The notes under the pieces are model-generated. The model saw nothing but the letters and a program-made list of their open reading frames with translations, was not told where the DNA came from and ran no database searches. The position numbers were made by a program, and so were the translations under genes. Source: Candidatus Woesearchaeota archaeon (GTDB lineage: Archaea > Nanobdellota > Nanobdellia > Woesearchaeales > UBA10216). From it: DNA of 64,000 nucleotides. Numbering within the stretch: position 1 is the first letter of the stretch; each line of letters opens with the position of its first letter. Positions 1 through 8,617 of this stretch are shown here, piece by piece. The stretch is taken from contig JACPMZ010000005.1 in assembly GCA_016185705.1 (NCBI GenBank), positions 128-64,127 on the forward strand, written 5' to 3'.

Positions 1-256
1 TTTTTGTGTTTCCTGCAAGAACGCTTCTTTTTTTACCTGTTTCAGTCAGCATTTCTACATGGGGACAATTTGTCCCTAGGTAACTTCCAAGCTCTTCATC
101 TCTTTTACGCAGTTTTTTTAAATAATCAGTAGGATTAGCACTATCTGTTAAAGCTTGGACTACATCAACTAAAGAATAATGCCATTCATCCTTAAACCAC
201 ATTCTTCGGATTTTCTTGCTTTGAAATACAACTAATGCTTTATCTGAATCTGTCAT
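1..256 (-). CDS. BRO-N/KilA-N-like DNA-binding protein, partial (C-terminus lies beyond the window edge)
   Basis: Not in the ORF track because it runs off the edge. The ATG at 254-256 gives MTDSDKALVVFQSKKIRRMWFKDEWHYSLVDVVQALTDSANPTDYLKKLRKRDEELGSY... I recall this pattern from BRO-N/antirepressor N-terminal domains. It forms an ATGA overlap with the upstream ORF. Confidence 0.5.
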   Translation of the reverse strand, partial: MTDSDKALVVFQSKKIRRMWFKDEWHYSLVDVVQALTDSANPTDYLKKLRKRDEELGSYLGTNCPHVEMLTETGKKRSVLAGNTK

Positions 257-585
257 TTTTCAGAAGCACCCCAACTAAGTTTTACTGAAGGATTTAACCC
301 AACATTCACCTCAAAACCAAAATTTCTTTTAAATTCTGGCTTATTCTCAACAATATTAATACCTAATGGGGTTATCTTCTTTAAAATAAATCTTGTAAGT
401 CCACCATACATACGATTGTCTGCGGTGAATATTGCTTCGATGGCAGCAATACCATCTGAGTATTTTATTGCCCTATCAATAAATCCATACAACTGCTTAT
501 CTTCAAATTTGCCTTCTTTCAGAATTTCAAACTCACTTTCAATCTTCTTATCTCCGAAGGTAACATAAATTGGCTTATTGTTCAT
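253..585 (-). CDS. hypothetical protein (110 aa), middle gene of a coupled 3-gene cassette
   Basis: ORF 253..651 trimmed to the ATG at 583-585 (MNNKPIYVTFGDKK...), which makes an ATGA overlap with the stop of 582..848. No family recognised. Confidence 0.45.
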   Translation of the reverse strand: MNNKPIYVTFGDKKIESEFEILKEGKFEDKQLYGFIDRAIKYSDGIAAIEAIFTADNRMYGGLTRFILKKITPLGINIVENKPEFKRNFGFEVNVGLNPSVKLSWGASEK

Positions 586-848
586 CTTAATTTGACTCCT
601 TGAGAAACCAGCTTTCTTATCATTTCTGGATTGTATGTCCAAATAATACAACCATCGTTATCAATAATTATTTTTCCAGAATTTTCCAAATAGTCCAATA
701 TTATTTGAAATGTTTGGTACATCATTTTTTTAGGCAATTTTTTCCAAAGCTGGTATTTCCCACATTCTTGGCTGTATTTTTGTATAGTTTTTTCTACCAT
801 AATAACTGATTCCAATGTTGGGCTATGCAAAATTGTTGTTTCTGCCAT
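582..848 (-). CDS. small hypothetical protein (88 aa), possibly a winged-helix DNA binder
   Basis: ORF track. It is the first gene of the coupled AT-rich cassette. The helix-turn-helix call is an impression from size and charge only. Confidence 0.4.
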   Translation of the reverse strand: MAETTILHSPTLESVIMVEKTIQKYSQECGKYQLWKKLPKKMMYQTFQIILDYLENSGKIIIDNDGCIIWTYNPEMIRKLVSQGVKLR

Positions 849-1233
849 GTTATATAACTATATATAAGAACTAATATATAAAACTTTCGACTTTTAACGG
901 AAAACTGCCCTTACAGACTGTTCTTGACGTATCGTTACGCTCTTTTTATAGAACACGAGGACTTCAAATTTACTTTTCGGTTGAAATTTCACTCCACGTT
1001 GTAGGGTGAAAGAGCATAACAAGAATTTTACGGAAAATTCTGTCGCTAAAGCTAAATCGCCAAGCGATTTCCAGAATTTTCCCAAATTGATTTTTCGAGG
1101 AAAAAATTTGCTTACGAGATCGGGCAAAACTTCGCTTAATTCCATAAGCTGTTTTGTGATTTATATGCCGTAGCAGCCAAAAATTTAAATACTCAGGAAT
1201 TACTCAGAAAGCTATACAAAGGATGCGGGAAAA

Positions 1234-2415
1234 ATGCGTTCAAAATATTTTGTTGCATCGTTATTCGTGTTGCTTCTGGTGGTTTCTATTGGCTTTGCGT
1301 CTGCAGCTAAGGATGGAGCGAATGCGCATGGCAAGGTCAGGGTGGTTGCTCACACGGATAAAGAAGTGTCGGATGCAGTGGCAGAAGGCTGCAAGGTGGT
1401 GAGGGATGCCAGGACATTGAGGGCATTGGTTTGCTCAGGAAGCGTTGCTTCTGAACTGGGGCTGCAGGAGGATGTTAGGGTTTTCGCTGTGGACTCCGGA
1501 GCAAATGCTCAAATAAGGGCAGACTTGGTGCAATCGTCTGGAAACAGCGGTGAGGGAAATAAGGTTGTTGTTTTGGATACTGGCTACAATTATAATCATC
1601 AGGAGTTAAACTCAAGCTATCTGGGAGGGAAGGATTTTGTTAATGACGACACAGACCCGTTGGATGACAATGGCCACGGCTCGCATGTTTCCGGAATCAT
1701 AACTGCGGACGGAGTTGATGCTAAAGCAAAGGGAGTCGCGCCATTAGCAGGAATAATTGCAGGGAAGGTTCTCGATTCTTCTGGTTCAGGATACTTTAGC
1801 GATGTTGTTGCTGCCATTTACTGGGCTGTGGATGGTGAGGATGGGGTTGCGGGCGATGTCTGCGTTACGGACAATTCAACGAATGAAACTGCCTGCACTA
1901 ATGATGATTTTAATGCGGATGCAATCAGCATAAGTCTTGGAACTTCTTCACCTTATACATACAAAGGATTTTGCGACAGTGTCCTGCCTGATTTGACAAA
2001 CGCAATTAAATACTCGCGGGATAGGAACGTAATTGTTGTTGTGGCAGCAGGCAATAGCGGAGGGTCAGGCGTTTCAATTCCGGGATGCATCAGCTACTCA
2101 ACAACAGTTGGCGCAGTGGACAGCAGCGATAAAATTGCAAGATGGTCTGGGAAGGGAAGCGCAGTTGATATCTCTGCTCCGGGTGTCAGCATATATTCGT
2201 CTTGGCTCGGAAGCGAGTACATGACAGCAAGCGGCACCAGCATGGCAACTCCGATGGTAAGCGGAACAGCAGCGCTGGTCAGATTTGCTCATCCCGAATA
2301 TTCAGTTTCTCAGGTTGAAAGCGCATTGTTTAATTCAGCAAAAGATTTGGGAAAGAGCGGCAAGGATACAAGCTACGGCTGGGGCAGGGTTGATGCCTAC
2401 GGCGCTGTAAATTAG
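1234..2415 (+). CDS. secreted subtilisin-like serine protease (peptidase S8)
   Basis: N-terminal signal peptide. Catalytic triad motifs VVVLDTGYN, HGSHVSG and GTSMATPMVSG. TTTAAATA at 1184-1191. Confidence 0.9.
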   Translation: MRSKYFVASLFVLLLVVSIGFASAAKDGANAHGKVRVVAHTDKEVSDAVAEGCKVVRDARTLRALVCSGSVASELGLQEDVRVFAVDSGANAQIRADLVQSSGNSGEGNKVVVLDTGYNYNHQELNSSYLGGKDFVNDDTDPLDDNGHGSHVSGIITADGVDAKAKGVAPLAGIIAGKVLDSSGSGYFSDVVAAIYWAVDGEDGVAGDVCVTDNSTNETACTNDDFNADAISISLGTSSPYTYKGFCDSVLPDLTNAIKYSRDRNVIVVVAAGNSGGSGVSIPGCISYSTTVGAVDSSDKIARWSGKGSAVDISAPGVSIYSSWLGSEYMTASGTSMATPMVSGTAALVRFAHPEYSVSQVESALFNSAKDLGKSGKDTSYGWGRVDAYGAVN

Positions 2416-2686
2416 CTGAAGTCCTTCTGAAAACCTCGGCTGCTGATTGGCAGCATCTTCGCAGGTAACTTGCCTGCTTGCAGCCACGCTTTCCGCCTCT
2501 GTCGTTATTGCGTTGCTTCCCTCAGCTAAAATTCTCCGCAGCAGCCAGAAAACAAGGCGGCTTTTTAGTCCTTCGGATTTTGCCCTGCTGCGCTCTCTCT
2601 TCACTGTGTTTCGCTCGGGTCGCACAACACGGATTAAGTGAAATCGTTGCGCTTATATCACTTGTGCTCTGGCTCGGAATTATGAA

Positions 2687-3367
2687 TTAACGTTTAGCAA
2701 ACTTAGGATATAATCTAAGCAGATCTCTCATTTTTCCCGAAACTTCTGTCGATTCATCAGGTGATAAACGACGTGAAGATGTTTCACTAAAAAGTCTTAA
2801 AATTTCATCAGCTGCATTATGGAGTCCTATAACTCCGAACTCTCTTCGACCCCTAAAGATTTCACCCTGAAAATAATATGATAAATATTGTGTGTCTGCT
2901 CTAATCCAACGAAGGGGATCTCGTTTGACGCCGTCCTTATTTTTAAAGCTATCTGGATTTAGGAAATCGGATAGGTCCATTACTGAGCGTGGAGGACCAC
3001 TTACAAAGTAGTCTGCAGCGTCTGCGTGTTTTTCTAGGGAAGAGATTCTTTCTTCTAAAGCAAAAGTTACCGGTCCTACCAATGATGTCGGACTTTCTGG
3101 GTCATACTCAACGAGTGGGCATCGTCCCATTGAAGACAATTCACGAGCTTCTACGACTGTTTCTCTTAATCTTTGATAAGAATCACGAATGGCAGCTAAC
3201 CCCTTTTGGGTTGGAATCCTAGTATGCCAAGTTATGCCATAGAACGGATCACCGTTTTCTGGATGATATTGTTCTAAATGCAAAACATTTGAATGGCCAC
3301 TATGGAAATCCCACATAGCAATCCCAGAATCTTTAAATTTATCCGAATAATAAACTTTGATAGGCAT
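2687..3367 (-). CDS. hypothetical protein (226 aa)
   Basis: Long ORF with an ATG start and no competing gene. AT-richer than its flanks. No family recognised. Confidence 0.55.
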   Translation of the reverse strand: MPIKVYYSDKFKDSGIAMWDFHSGHSNVLHLEQYHPENGDPFYGITWHTRIPTQKGLAAIRDSYQRLRETVVEARELSSMGRCPLVEYDPESPTSLVGPVTFALEERISSLEKHADAADYFVSGPPRSVMDLSDFLNPDSFKNKDGVKRDPLRWIRADTQYLSYYFQGEIFRGRREFGVIGLHNAADEILRLFSETSSRRLSPDESTEVSGKMRDLLRLYPKFAKR

Positions 3368-3578
3368 ACTAAATTCTGATTAGCTTATCTTTTTAAACTT
3401 TGTCCTCGTCAGAGCCTATTTTTAATTTTTGGCGCAGCGACTCTCCTCCCTTCGGTCGTCGCCCTACTGGGTCGCTTAACAACGATTATGCTCAATTTCT
3501 CTGCGGAGAACCTTTCTCGCTGATGCTCGAATCCCTATCGCGAGAATATAACAGGAATTTAACTGAAAAATTTTTCCT

Positions 3579-5927
3579 TCACCCGAAAAACGTTTCCAGT
3601 TTCTTCTGCTGCCGCTCTTCAAGCAGCTCTTCCGGATTGTATCCGATTACTTCCATCAGCTTTCCGACTGCCGGCAGCACCTGGTTTCTGACGTAGTATT
3701 CTGCGTCATACTCTCCGGCTGCGACTTCTTCAGGCAGCTTTGACCTGTCTCTTATTACGCCTTTTCCTTCCGCTACAACGTAGCTCACCATTGTTCCCGG
3801 CCCTACTTTTTTGCCCTGCTCCTGCATTCGCTTTGCTATGGCGACGTGCGGCGGAATGTTGGCGTAGCTTTTGATGTCTCTGGATATTTGTGTTTTTATT
3901 ACTACCATCCTGGTTTCAGTCTGTTTGCTTCGCAGCTGCTTTACAACGTCTTTTACGAATTCTGCCACTTCGTTGCTTGTTTTTCCCTGCAGTATCATTT
4001 CGAGAGCTTTCTGCTGGGTCTGCTTTGCAATCAGCGAGAGGTTTCGCCTTACTGTTTCAAAGCCGCGAACCTTCATTTTGCCTTCTTCATCCATCAAAGC
4101 ATACCGCTTTTTAGCGCCGGTTTCCCTGCCTTTCGTTGCAACGAATATTCCTGATTTGTACAGCCCCTCAAATTCCAGTTCCATAATCCCGGGCAATTTT
4201 TTGTTTATTCCCTCAACAAATTTTGATGCAGCGCTGATGTGCTTGCCTTCTAGCGCCAGCATGATGGAATCTGTGTCGCCGTATATTACATTAAAGCCCA
4301 CTGTTTTTGCTTTCTCGATTACATCCTGCATGTGATGCCTGCCGTATGCAGTTATGGCTTTGGCGCAGTCAAGGTTATACCACCGCGCTCCGAAAAATCC
4401 GTAATAGCCGTAGATGGAGTTTGCCACTGTTTTGAGCGCCTGCTGCCTTGCTTCCAGGCTTTTGTCTTCTTTGCCTTTTGCCATCTCTTTTATTCTGAGC
4501 CTGCGGTTGATGACATTGTCTATTACTGTTGAGATAAACCCTTTTTCTTTGCCAAAGCTTATGCCCTTCAAAACACCATCCTCACTGTCCTTTCCCAAAA
4601 TTATTCTGTCAGGGCTGATGTTGTGCGCTGATATTATCGTCGGATACAGGCTGCGGAAATCATAAACCACTATGTCCTTGTACAGCCCGGGGGTTGGCTC
4701 ATAGACGTAGCCGCCTGTGTAGCTTTCCACCCTTCTTTTCCTTTCTTCGCTGAAATCCGGCCTGTTGGGAACAAGCTCATTAAACTCATGCGCTTCCTTT
4801 ATCAGGTACCATTCCACCAGCTGTGAGAAGCTCATCCGGCTTGCTTCTGCTGGCGGCACTCCAATCATCTTCGTCAGCTCTGTTATGTTTGGCCACAGCT
4901 TAATGCACAGCTCATACGTCAGTTTGGCATCAGTCAAATTATACTCTGCAAACTTTTCCAGGCCTTTTTCTTCATTCCACGAAGCATAGAGTTCTTCGAG
5001 CTTCACCTGCGCTTTGCCTTGCCCAAGCAGTTCCTGCGCAACGTCATTCAGCTTGAAGCTTGTAAATGCAGTCCTGAACATTCTTTTGACAAACTTGAAT
5101 ATGTCAATGTGCGCAATGCCTGTTATTTCAGCTACCGGCACGTTGCCTTTCCTCAGCATTATCTCTGAGTTGTCCAGCCCAAGCTTCATATTTGTTCTGT
5201 ATTTGTCAGCCCTCGCTTTCAAATATGGCAGGTCGAAGCCGTCTGAGAAATACCCTGTAAGGATGTCGGGTTTGTACTCCTCAACAAGCTCCCGGAAGCG
5301 CTCCAGCATTTCCACTTCGCTGTCAACCACCTCAATGTAGCCGAGATTATTGTCAAAATGCTTCCACGTCAGCACTTTCCTAAAATTATTCCCGTGCAAT
5401 GCAATCATGATTATGGGGTCGTTTTCAGGAATAATCTCTTTTCCAAAGTCAGTGTGGGTTTCAATGTCAACTGCCAGCACCTTTTGTTCAGAAATTTCTT
5501 CGCTGACAATGCCGATTTTCTCAGCCCTGAACACTTCGCATTTGTAATCGCTTTCAACAAACGCGCCATCTGCTTCATAAGTTGCCAGCGGTGTAATCTT
5601 GCGGTCAATCAAAAAGCGCCGTGCAAAAGGTATGTCAGCTTCCAGGGAATCAGATTTTTCCCTGACAGCAGGAACGTCAGCAGGTATTTTCACAAACACT
5701 TTCTTGGCTTCCACTTCTTTGCCTAAAAAGCTTTTTTTGTGCTTCTCGATTTTTGTAATCTTCTCGTCGGTAATCTCGCTTTCTCCCAGCGCCCAGAAGT
5801 AAGGTTCAAACCCGTGGAACTGCACGCAGACTTGCTTTCCGCTGCTTTTGCCATACAGCTCAACAACCGGGCTGCCGTCTATGATTTTGTAGGTTGCTTC
5901 CACCGGATTGAATGCTATCTTGGCCAT
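3579..5927 (-). CDS. polB: family B DNA polymerase
   Basis: Exo I AVDIETH, motif A DFRSLYPTII, motif B KTVANSIYGYYGF, motif C YGDTDS. No intein-sized insertion. TATA TTATTTAAAG at 5949-5958, about 27 nt from the ATG. Confidence 0.95.
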   Translation of the reverse strand: MAKIAFNPVEATYKIIDGSPVVELYGKSSGKQVCVQFHGFEPYFWALGESEITDEKITKIEKHKKSFLGKEVEAKKVFVKIPADVPAVREKSDSLEADIPFARRFLIDRKITPLATYEADGAFVESDYKCEVFRAEKIGIVSEEISEQKVLAVDIETHTDFGKEIIPENDPIIMIALHGNNFRKVLTWKHFDNNLGYIEVVDSEVEMLERFRELVEEYKPDILTGYFSDGFDLPYLKARADKYRTNMKLGLDNSEIMLRKGNVPVAEITGIAHIDIFKFVKRMFRTAFTSFKLNDVAQELLGQGKAQVKLEELYASWNEEKGLEKFAEYNLTDAKLTYELCIKLWPNITELTKMIGVPPAEASRMSFSQLVEWYLIKEAHEFNELVPNRPDFSEERKRRVESYTGGYVYEPTPGLYKDIVVYDFRSLYPTIISAHNISPDRIILGKDSEDGVLKGISFGKEKGFISTVIDNVINRRLRIKEMAKGKEDKSLEARQQALKTVANSIYGYYGFFGARWYNLDCAKAITAYGRHHMQDVIEKAKTVGFNVIYGDTDSIMLALEGKHISAASKFVEGINKKLPGIMELEFEGLYKSGIFVATKGRETGAKKRYALMDEEGKMKVRGFETVRRNLSLIAKQTQQKALEMILQGKTSNEVAEFVKDVVKQLRSKQTETRMVVIKTQISRDIKSYANIPPHVAIAKRMQEQGKKVGPGTMVSYVVAEGKGVIRDRSKLPEEVAAGEYDAEYYVRNQVLPAVGKLMEVIGYNPEELLEERQQKKLETFFG

Positions 5928-6005
5928 GCATTTGCAGAATGCATGAAGTTATTTAAAGGTTTATGCCATTGAGCTTTACATCATTGCTATTATTCCGCCG
6001 CTTTA

Positions 6006-6038
6006 TTTTCCCCTCCCCTGAAGTTAATGGAGGGAAAA
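6006..6038. repeat. CCCTCC/GGAGGG-core hairpin (degenerate; loop shared with 63775-63792)
   Basis: TTTTCCCCTCC ... GGAGGGAAAA. The 18-nt CCCCTGAAGTTAATGGAG is identical at 6015-6032 and 63775-63792. Confidence 0.7.
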
Positions 6039-6107
6039 AAGCAGAGTTGCCCTGAAAGCGAACCATTTTTCCAAAACTTTATATACTTTAAACCGCAGTC
6101 GGCTGTT

Positions 6108-6644
6108 ATGACATCCCAGCATCCTGAGCAGCGCGTTGGAGTTTACGTTGACGTGCAGAATCTTTACTATTCTGCCAAAAGCCTGTACAGCGCTAAGGCA
6201 AATTTTGCCAGCATTTTGAAAGCGTGCGTTGGCCGCAGAAAGCTCGTAAGGGCAAATGCCTACGTTATCAAGGCAGATATTGAGGAGCAGGACAAATTCT
6301 TTAATGCGCTGAGGCAGATTGGCTTTGAAGTTCATGCCAAGGACCTGCAAACCTTTGTTGGCGGAGCCAAGAAGGGAGACTGGGATGTCGGCATCGCGAT
6401 GGACATGATTGAGCAGGGCCCGAAGCTTGATACCGTTATTTTAGTGTCTGGCGACGGAGATTTCGTTCCTGTGCTTCAGCATCTGCGCAGCGCGGTCGGC
6501 TGCCGCGTTGAGGTTGCTGCTTTTGGCAAGTCAACTTCAAAAAAGCTCGGAGAAGCTGCTGACAGCTTCCTTGATTTGGACAGCCGCAGATTCCTTATTT
6601 CTGAGGCAAGGAAGACTCCGCCCGTGGTTGCGGATAAGAAGTAG
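6108..6644 (+). CDS. NYN/LabA-like (DUF88) putative RNase
   Basis: VGVYVDVQNLYYS ... ILVSGDGDFVPVLQHLR ... VEVAAF. Start moved from 6027 to the ATG at 6108 for two reasons: a TATA (CTTTATATAC, 6077-6086) sits about 27 nt upstream, and 6006-6038 is a repeat hairpin. Confidence 0.8.
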   Translation: MTSQHPEQRVGVYVDVQNLYYSAKSLYSAKANFASILKACVGRRKLVRANAYVIKADIEEQDKFFNALRQIGFEVHAKDLQTFVGGAKKGDWDVGIAMDMIEQGPKLDTVILVSGDGDFVPVLQHLRSAVGCRVEVAAFGKSTSKKLGEAADSFLDLDSRRFLISEARKTPPVVADKK

Positions 6645-6699
6645 CGTGGTTGTCCGCATAGGCATAGTCAGGTTCAGCGGCATTTTTCTCGCCGCTTGT

Positions 6700-6748
6700 G
6701 CTCACCTTTTTCCCTCCCTTAAATTGCAATGGAGGGAAAAAGGTGAGC
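6700..6748. repeat. CCCTCC/GGAGGG-core hairpin, 18-bp perfect stem
   Basis: GCTCACCTTTTTCCCTCC (6700-6717) pairs with GGAGGGAAAAAGGTGAGC (6731-6748). Confidence 0.9.
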
Positions 6749-6775
6749 GGCAGAGCATGCATAAAATTGACTTAT

Positions 6776-6992
6776 AGGAAATAACCTTGATTTTCGTATG
6801 TTTTGAAATGTCAGAAACGCTGATGCGCAATCTACCCACTTCAGTGAGTAGTAAGCATACAGCGTTTCTGAGCATGCTCAAAAGCACGCCACGGGCTCAT
6901 CAAAAATGCTTCCATTTTTGACTGTGCTCAGAAACCTTTGGTTTCTGACATTAGCCCGTGGTGCTTTTGACATGATTGTAAGGTTATTTCCT
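6776..6992. repeat. about 217-nt nested-palindrome block (possible structured RNA or composite MITE)
   Basis: Outer arms AGGAAATAACCTT (6776-6788) and AAGGTTATTTCCT (6980-6992). Inner pairs ATGTCAGAAAC/GTTTCTGACAT, GAAACGCTG/CAGCGTTTC, GCACGCCACGGGCT/AGCCCGTGGTGC, TCAAAAATG/CATTTTTGA and CAGAAAC/GTTTCTG. Confidence 0.75.
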
Positions 6993-7076
6993 AATAAGCA
7001 AATCACTTATTCGTTAGGAACAAAATTCCGATTATTAAAGTGATTTGCTATAACTGTCCATACGCAATTTTTAATT

Positions 7077-7229
7077 TTATTTCTTAAACGTCTTCTCCAC
7101 GTCCTGCTCAAGAATTATGTCTCCGGCATACCCGCATTTTTTGCATTTGTATCTGTTGCCCGTTATTCCCAGTGTCCGGTCCATCCCGACGTCTGTTGAG
7201 CCGCATCTGGGGCAGGTTTTGATTTTCAT
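7077..7229 (-). CDS. small zinc-ribbon protein (50 aa)
   Basis: Hand translation: MKIKTCPRCGSTDVGMDRTLGITGNRYKCKKCGYAGDIILEQDVEKTFKK*. Two CxxC pairs. Below the ORF-track length cutoff. Confidence 0.4.
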   Translation of the reverse strand: MKIKTCPRCGSTDVGMDRTLGITGNRYKCKKCGYAGDIILEQDVEKTFKK

Positions 7230-7310
7230 TTGTTATGATACCCCGCTGCTTGCAGCGGTTGGGTTTTCTCCTTCTGTTTCTCGCATTTGATGGGGTATCA
7301 TAACTTTAAA

Positions 7311-7364
7311 ATGTCAGAAACTCTTTGCGTTTCTGAGCACGCTCAAAAATCTTTGATTTTTGAC
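7311..7364. repeat. TGTCAGAAAC-module copy (two adjacent hairpins)
   Basis: ATGTCAGAAAC-TCTTTGC-GTTTCTGAGCACGCTCAAAAA-TCTTTGA-TTTTTGAC. The same module order occurs at 6808-6925 and 24001-24060, and partly at 51893-51988. Confidence 0.75.
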
Positions 7365-7395
7365 GATACCCCGCCTCTTGCGGTGGTTGGGATTT

Positions 7396-7929
7396 TTATT
7401 TTACTTTCTTGTACCCCAGCCATACAAGTATTGCCAATGCTATTCCGAGCAGGATGAATCTGTAAACGTTTTGCAGGTGCTCCCAGTACCGCATTGACGC
7501 AATTATGAGCCCGAGTATTCCGCCCAGCAGGAATCCTGCGGATACTGCCTCTGCTTTCAGCCATATGCCTGCTGCCAGCGCAATTACTGCTATTATGAGC
7601 AATGCCGCAAATACGTTTCCGTCGCGCACTTTTCTGACTGCATCGTATTCAGCGCTGCAGGTCTCGCAGTAAGAATCTGTTGGGCAGCCCTGGCTGTCGT
7701 ACTTGTATGCTATGTAGCCTGACTGGTTCGCGCAGCTGCTCTGCAGTTCCTCGCTCGGCTGCAAAGCTTCGCAGTCTTCTGCTGCCTTAAGCGGGATGGG
7801 CCTGGGCATTTCTTTGCAGTAATCATTATATTCGGGCCCGGGATAAAACGTCTCAACGCCATAGTTTACGAATAAATTAAAGACTATGGCTATTGCAGCC
7901 GCCATGACCCATCTCTTTATGTCAATCAT
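7396..7929 (-). CDS. Cys-rich membrane protein (N-terminal TM, 3 C-terminal TM helices)
   Basis: Hydrophobic segments AAAIAIVFNLFV, FAALLIIAVIALAAGIW, FLLGGILGLIIA and FILLGIALAILVWL. Overlaps the upstream gene by 8 nt. Confidence 0.6.
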   Translation of the reverse strand: MIDIKRWVMAAAIAIVFNLFVNYGVETFYPGPEYNDYCKEMPRPIPLKAAEDCEALQPSEELQSSCANQSGYIAYKYDSQGCPTDSYCETCSAEYDAVRKVRDGNVFAALLIIAVIALAAGIWLKAEAVSAGFLLGGILGLIIASMRYWEHLQNVYRFILLGIALAILVWLGYKKVK

Positions 7930-8323
7930 ACAGGGTTATCTCCATTCGCTGCACGGCTTTGATCATGTCCAGGTAGCCCGCAGATGTTTTGTTGTGCTTT
8001 ATCTGCAGCGCTTTGCTTTGAAGTGTGCGGAAGAAGTCAACGAGCATCAGCTTGGTTTTTTGTTCGCTTTCAAGTATTACGTCCACGCCCGTTAGCGTTT
8101 CTCCGTCAAATTCGGCTCTGCTATTCTTTTCAGTGATAAGCAAATCGTCTACAAGCTGGTCTGCCAGCACGTTCGCTTCGCCCAGCTTGGTTGTTCTGGT
8201 AATCTGCTTGCTCCGGCCGCTGTTGTAGAATATCTCAAACACTGCCAGGTTTTCCATAGGCGTATAAGTCTTTACAACTACCTTCAGAAGACTGACCTGA
8301 ACCGTCCTAAGGCTTTGCTCCAT
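7922..8323 (-). CDS. hypothetical protein (133 aa)
   Basis: ORF with ATG. TATA GTTTATAAATT at about 8349-8360. Coupled to 7396..7929. Confidence 0.5.
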   Translation of the reverse strand: MEQSLRTVQVSLLKVVVKTYTPMENLAVFEIFYNSGRSKQITRTTKLGEANVLADQLVDDLLITEKNSRAEFDGETLTGVDVILESEQKTKLMLVDFFRTLQSKALQIKHNKTSAGYLDMIKAVQRMEITLYD

Positions 8324-8424
8324 ATACCCTGCTTATTCCGCTCTGTATGTTTATAAATTTTTCTTTGTGTGGGTAATGTCAAGTTGTGTGTCCTGCAATC
8401 CTGAGCTTGCCGATGCCTGCTTGG

Positions 8425-8473
8425 CTGATTTTTTTCTCCCCCCTTATTTTTTAAGGGGGAGGAAAAAAATCAG
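8425..8473. repeat. CCCTCC/GGAGGG-family hairpin (about 21-bp stem, 1 mismatch)
   Basis: CTGATTTTTTTCTCCCCCCTT ... AAGGGGGAGGAAAAAAATCAG. Confidence 0.85.
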
Positions 8474-8571
8474 AGCAGTGTGCGACGGTTTTGCCACTTA
8501 ACTTGACTTCACCCTTTGTGTGGGCCATATTGACAAGTTCACGCAGCCTCGCTCTGTTGCTGGCTTCCCTT

Positions 8572-8617
8572 CCTGCTTTTTCCCTCCCTTAAATATTTAA
8601 GGGAGGGAAAAAGCAGG
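8572..8617. repeat. 46-nt perfect palindrome with a CCCTCCC/GGGAGGG core
   Basis: CCTGCTTTTTCCCTCCCTTAAAT|ATTTAAGGGAGGGAAAAAGCAGG. Confidence 0.95.

Noticed and set aside
980-1012. CRISPR-repeat-like sequence GTTGAAATTTCACTCCACGTTGTAGGGTGAAAG, plus a nearby 51-nt hairpin (1032-1082).
   Set aside because: Only one copy is present, with no spacer-repeat periodicity and no cas genes in the window. It cannot be called a CRISPR array.
894-1145. 83-aa ORF in the 385-bp spacer upstream of the S8 protease. Similar small ORFs occur at 2447..2690, 3400..3696, 6702..6887, 17341..17610, 24030..24336, 46662..46940, 51709..52264, 61550..61780 and 63678..63875.
   Set aside because: They lie over repeat hairpins or palindromes or over duplicated fragments. 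They lack TATA spacing and have implausible composition. I treat them as non-coding.
6027-6107. ORF-track N-terminal extension of the NYN-domain gene (MEGKKQSCPESEPFF...).
   Set aside because: It overlaps the repeat hairpin at 6006-6038 and the gene's own TATA box. The ATG at 6108 has canonical leaderless spacing.
6812-6873. Possible C/D-box sRNA (CTGATGC ... CTGA) within the palindromic block.
   Set aside because: The terminal pairing involves the putative C box itself rather than flanking nucleotides, so a k-turn cannot form. The sequence is also part of a dispersed repeat.
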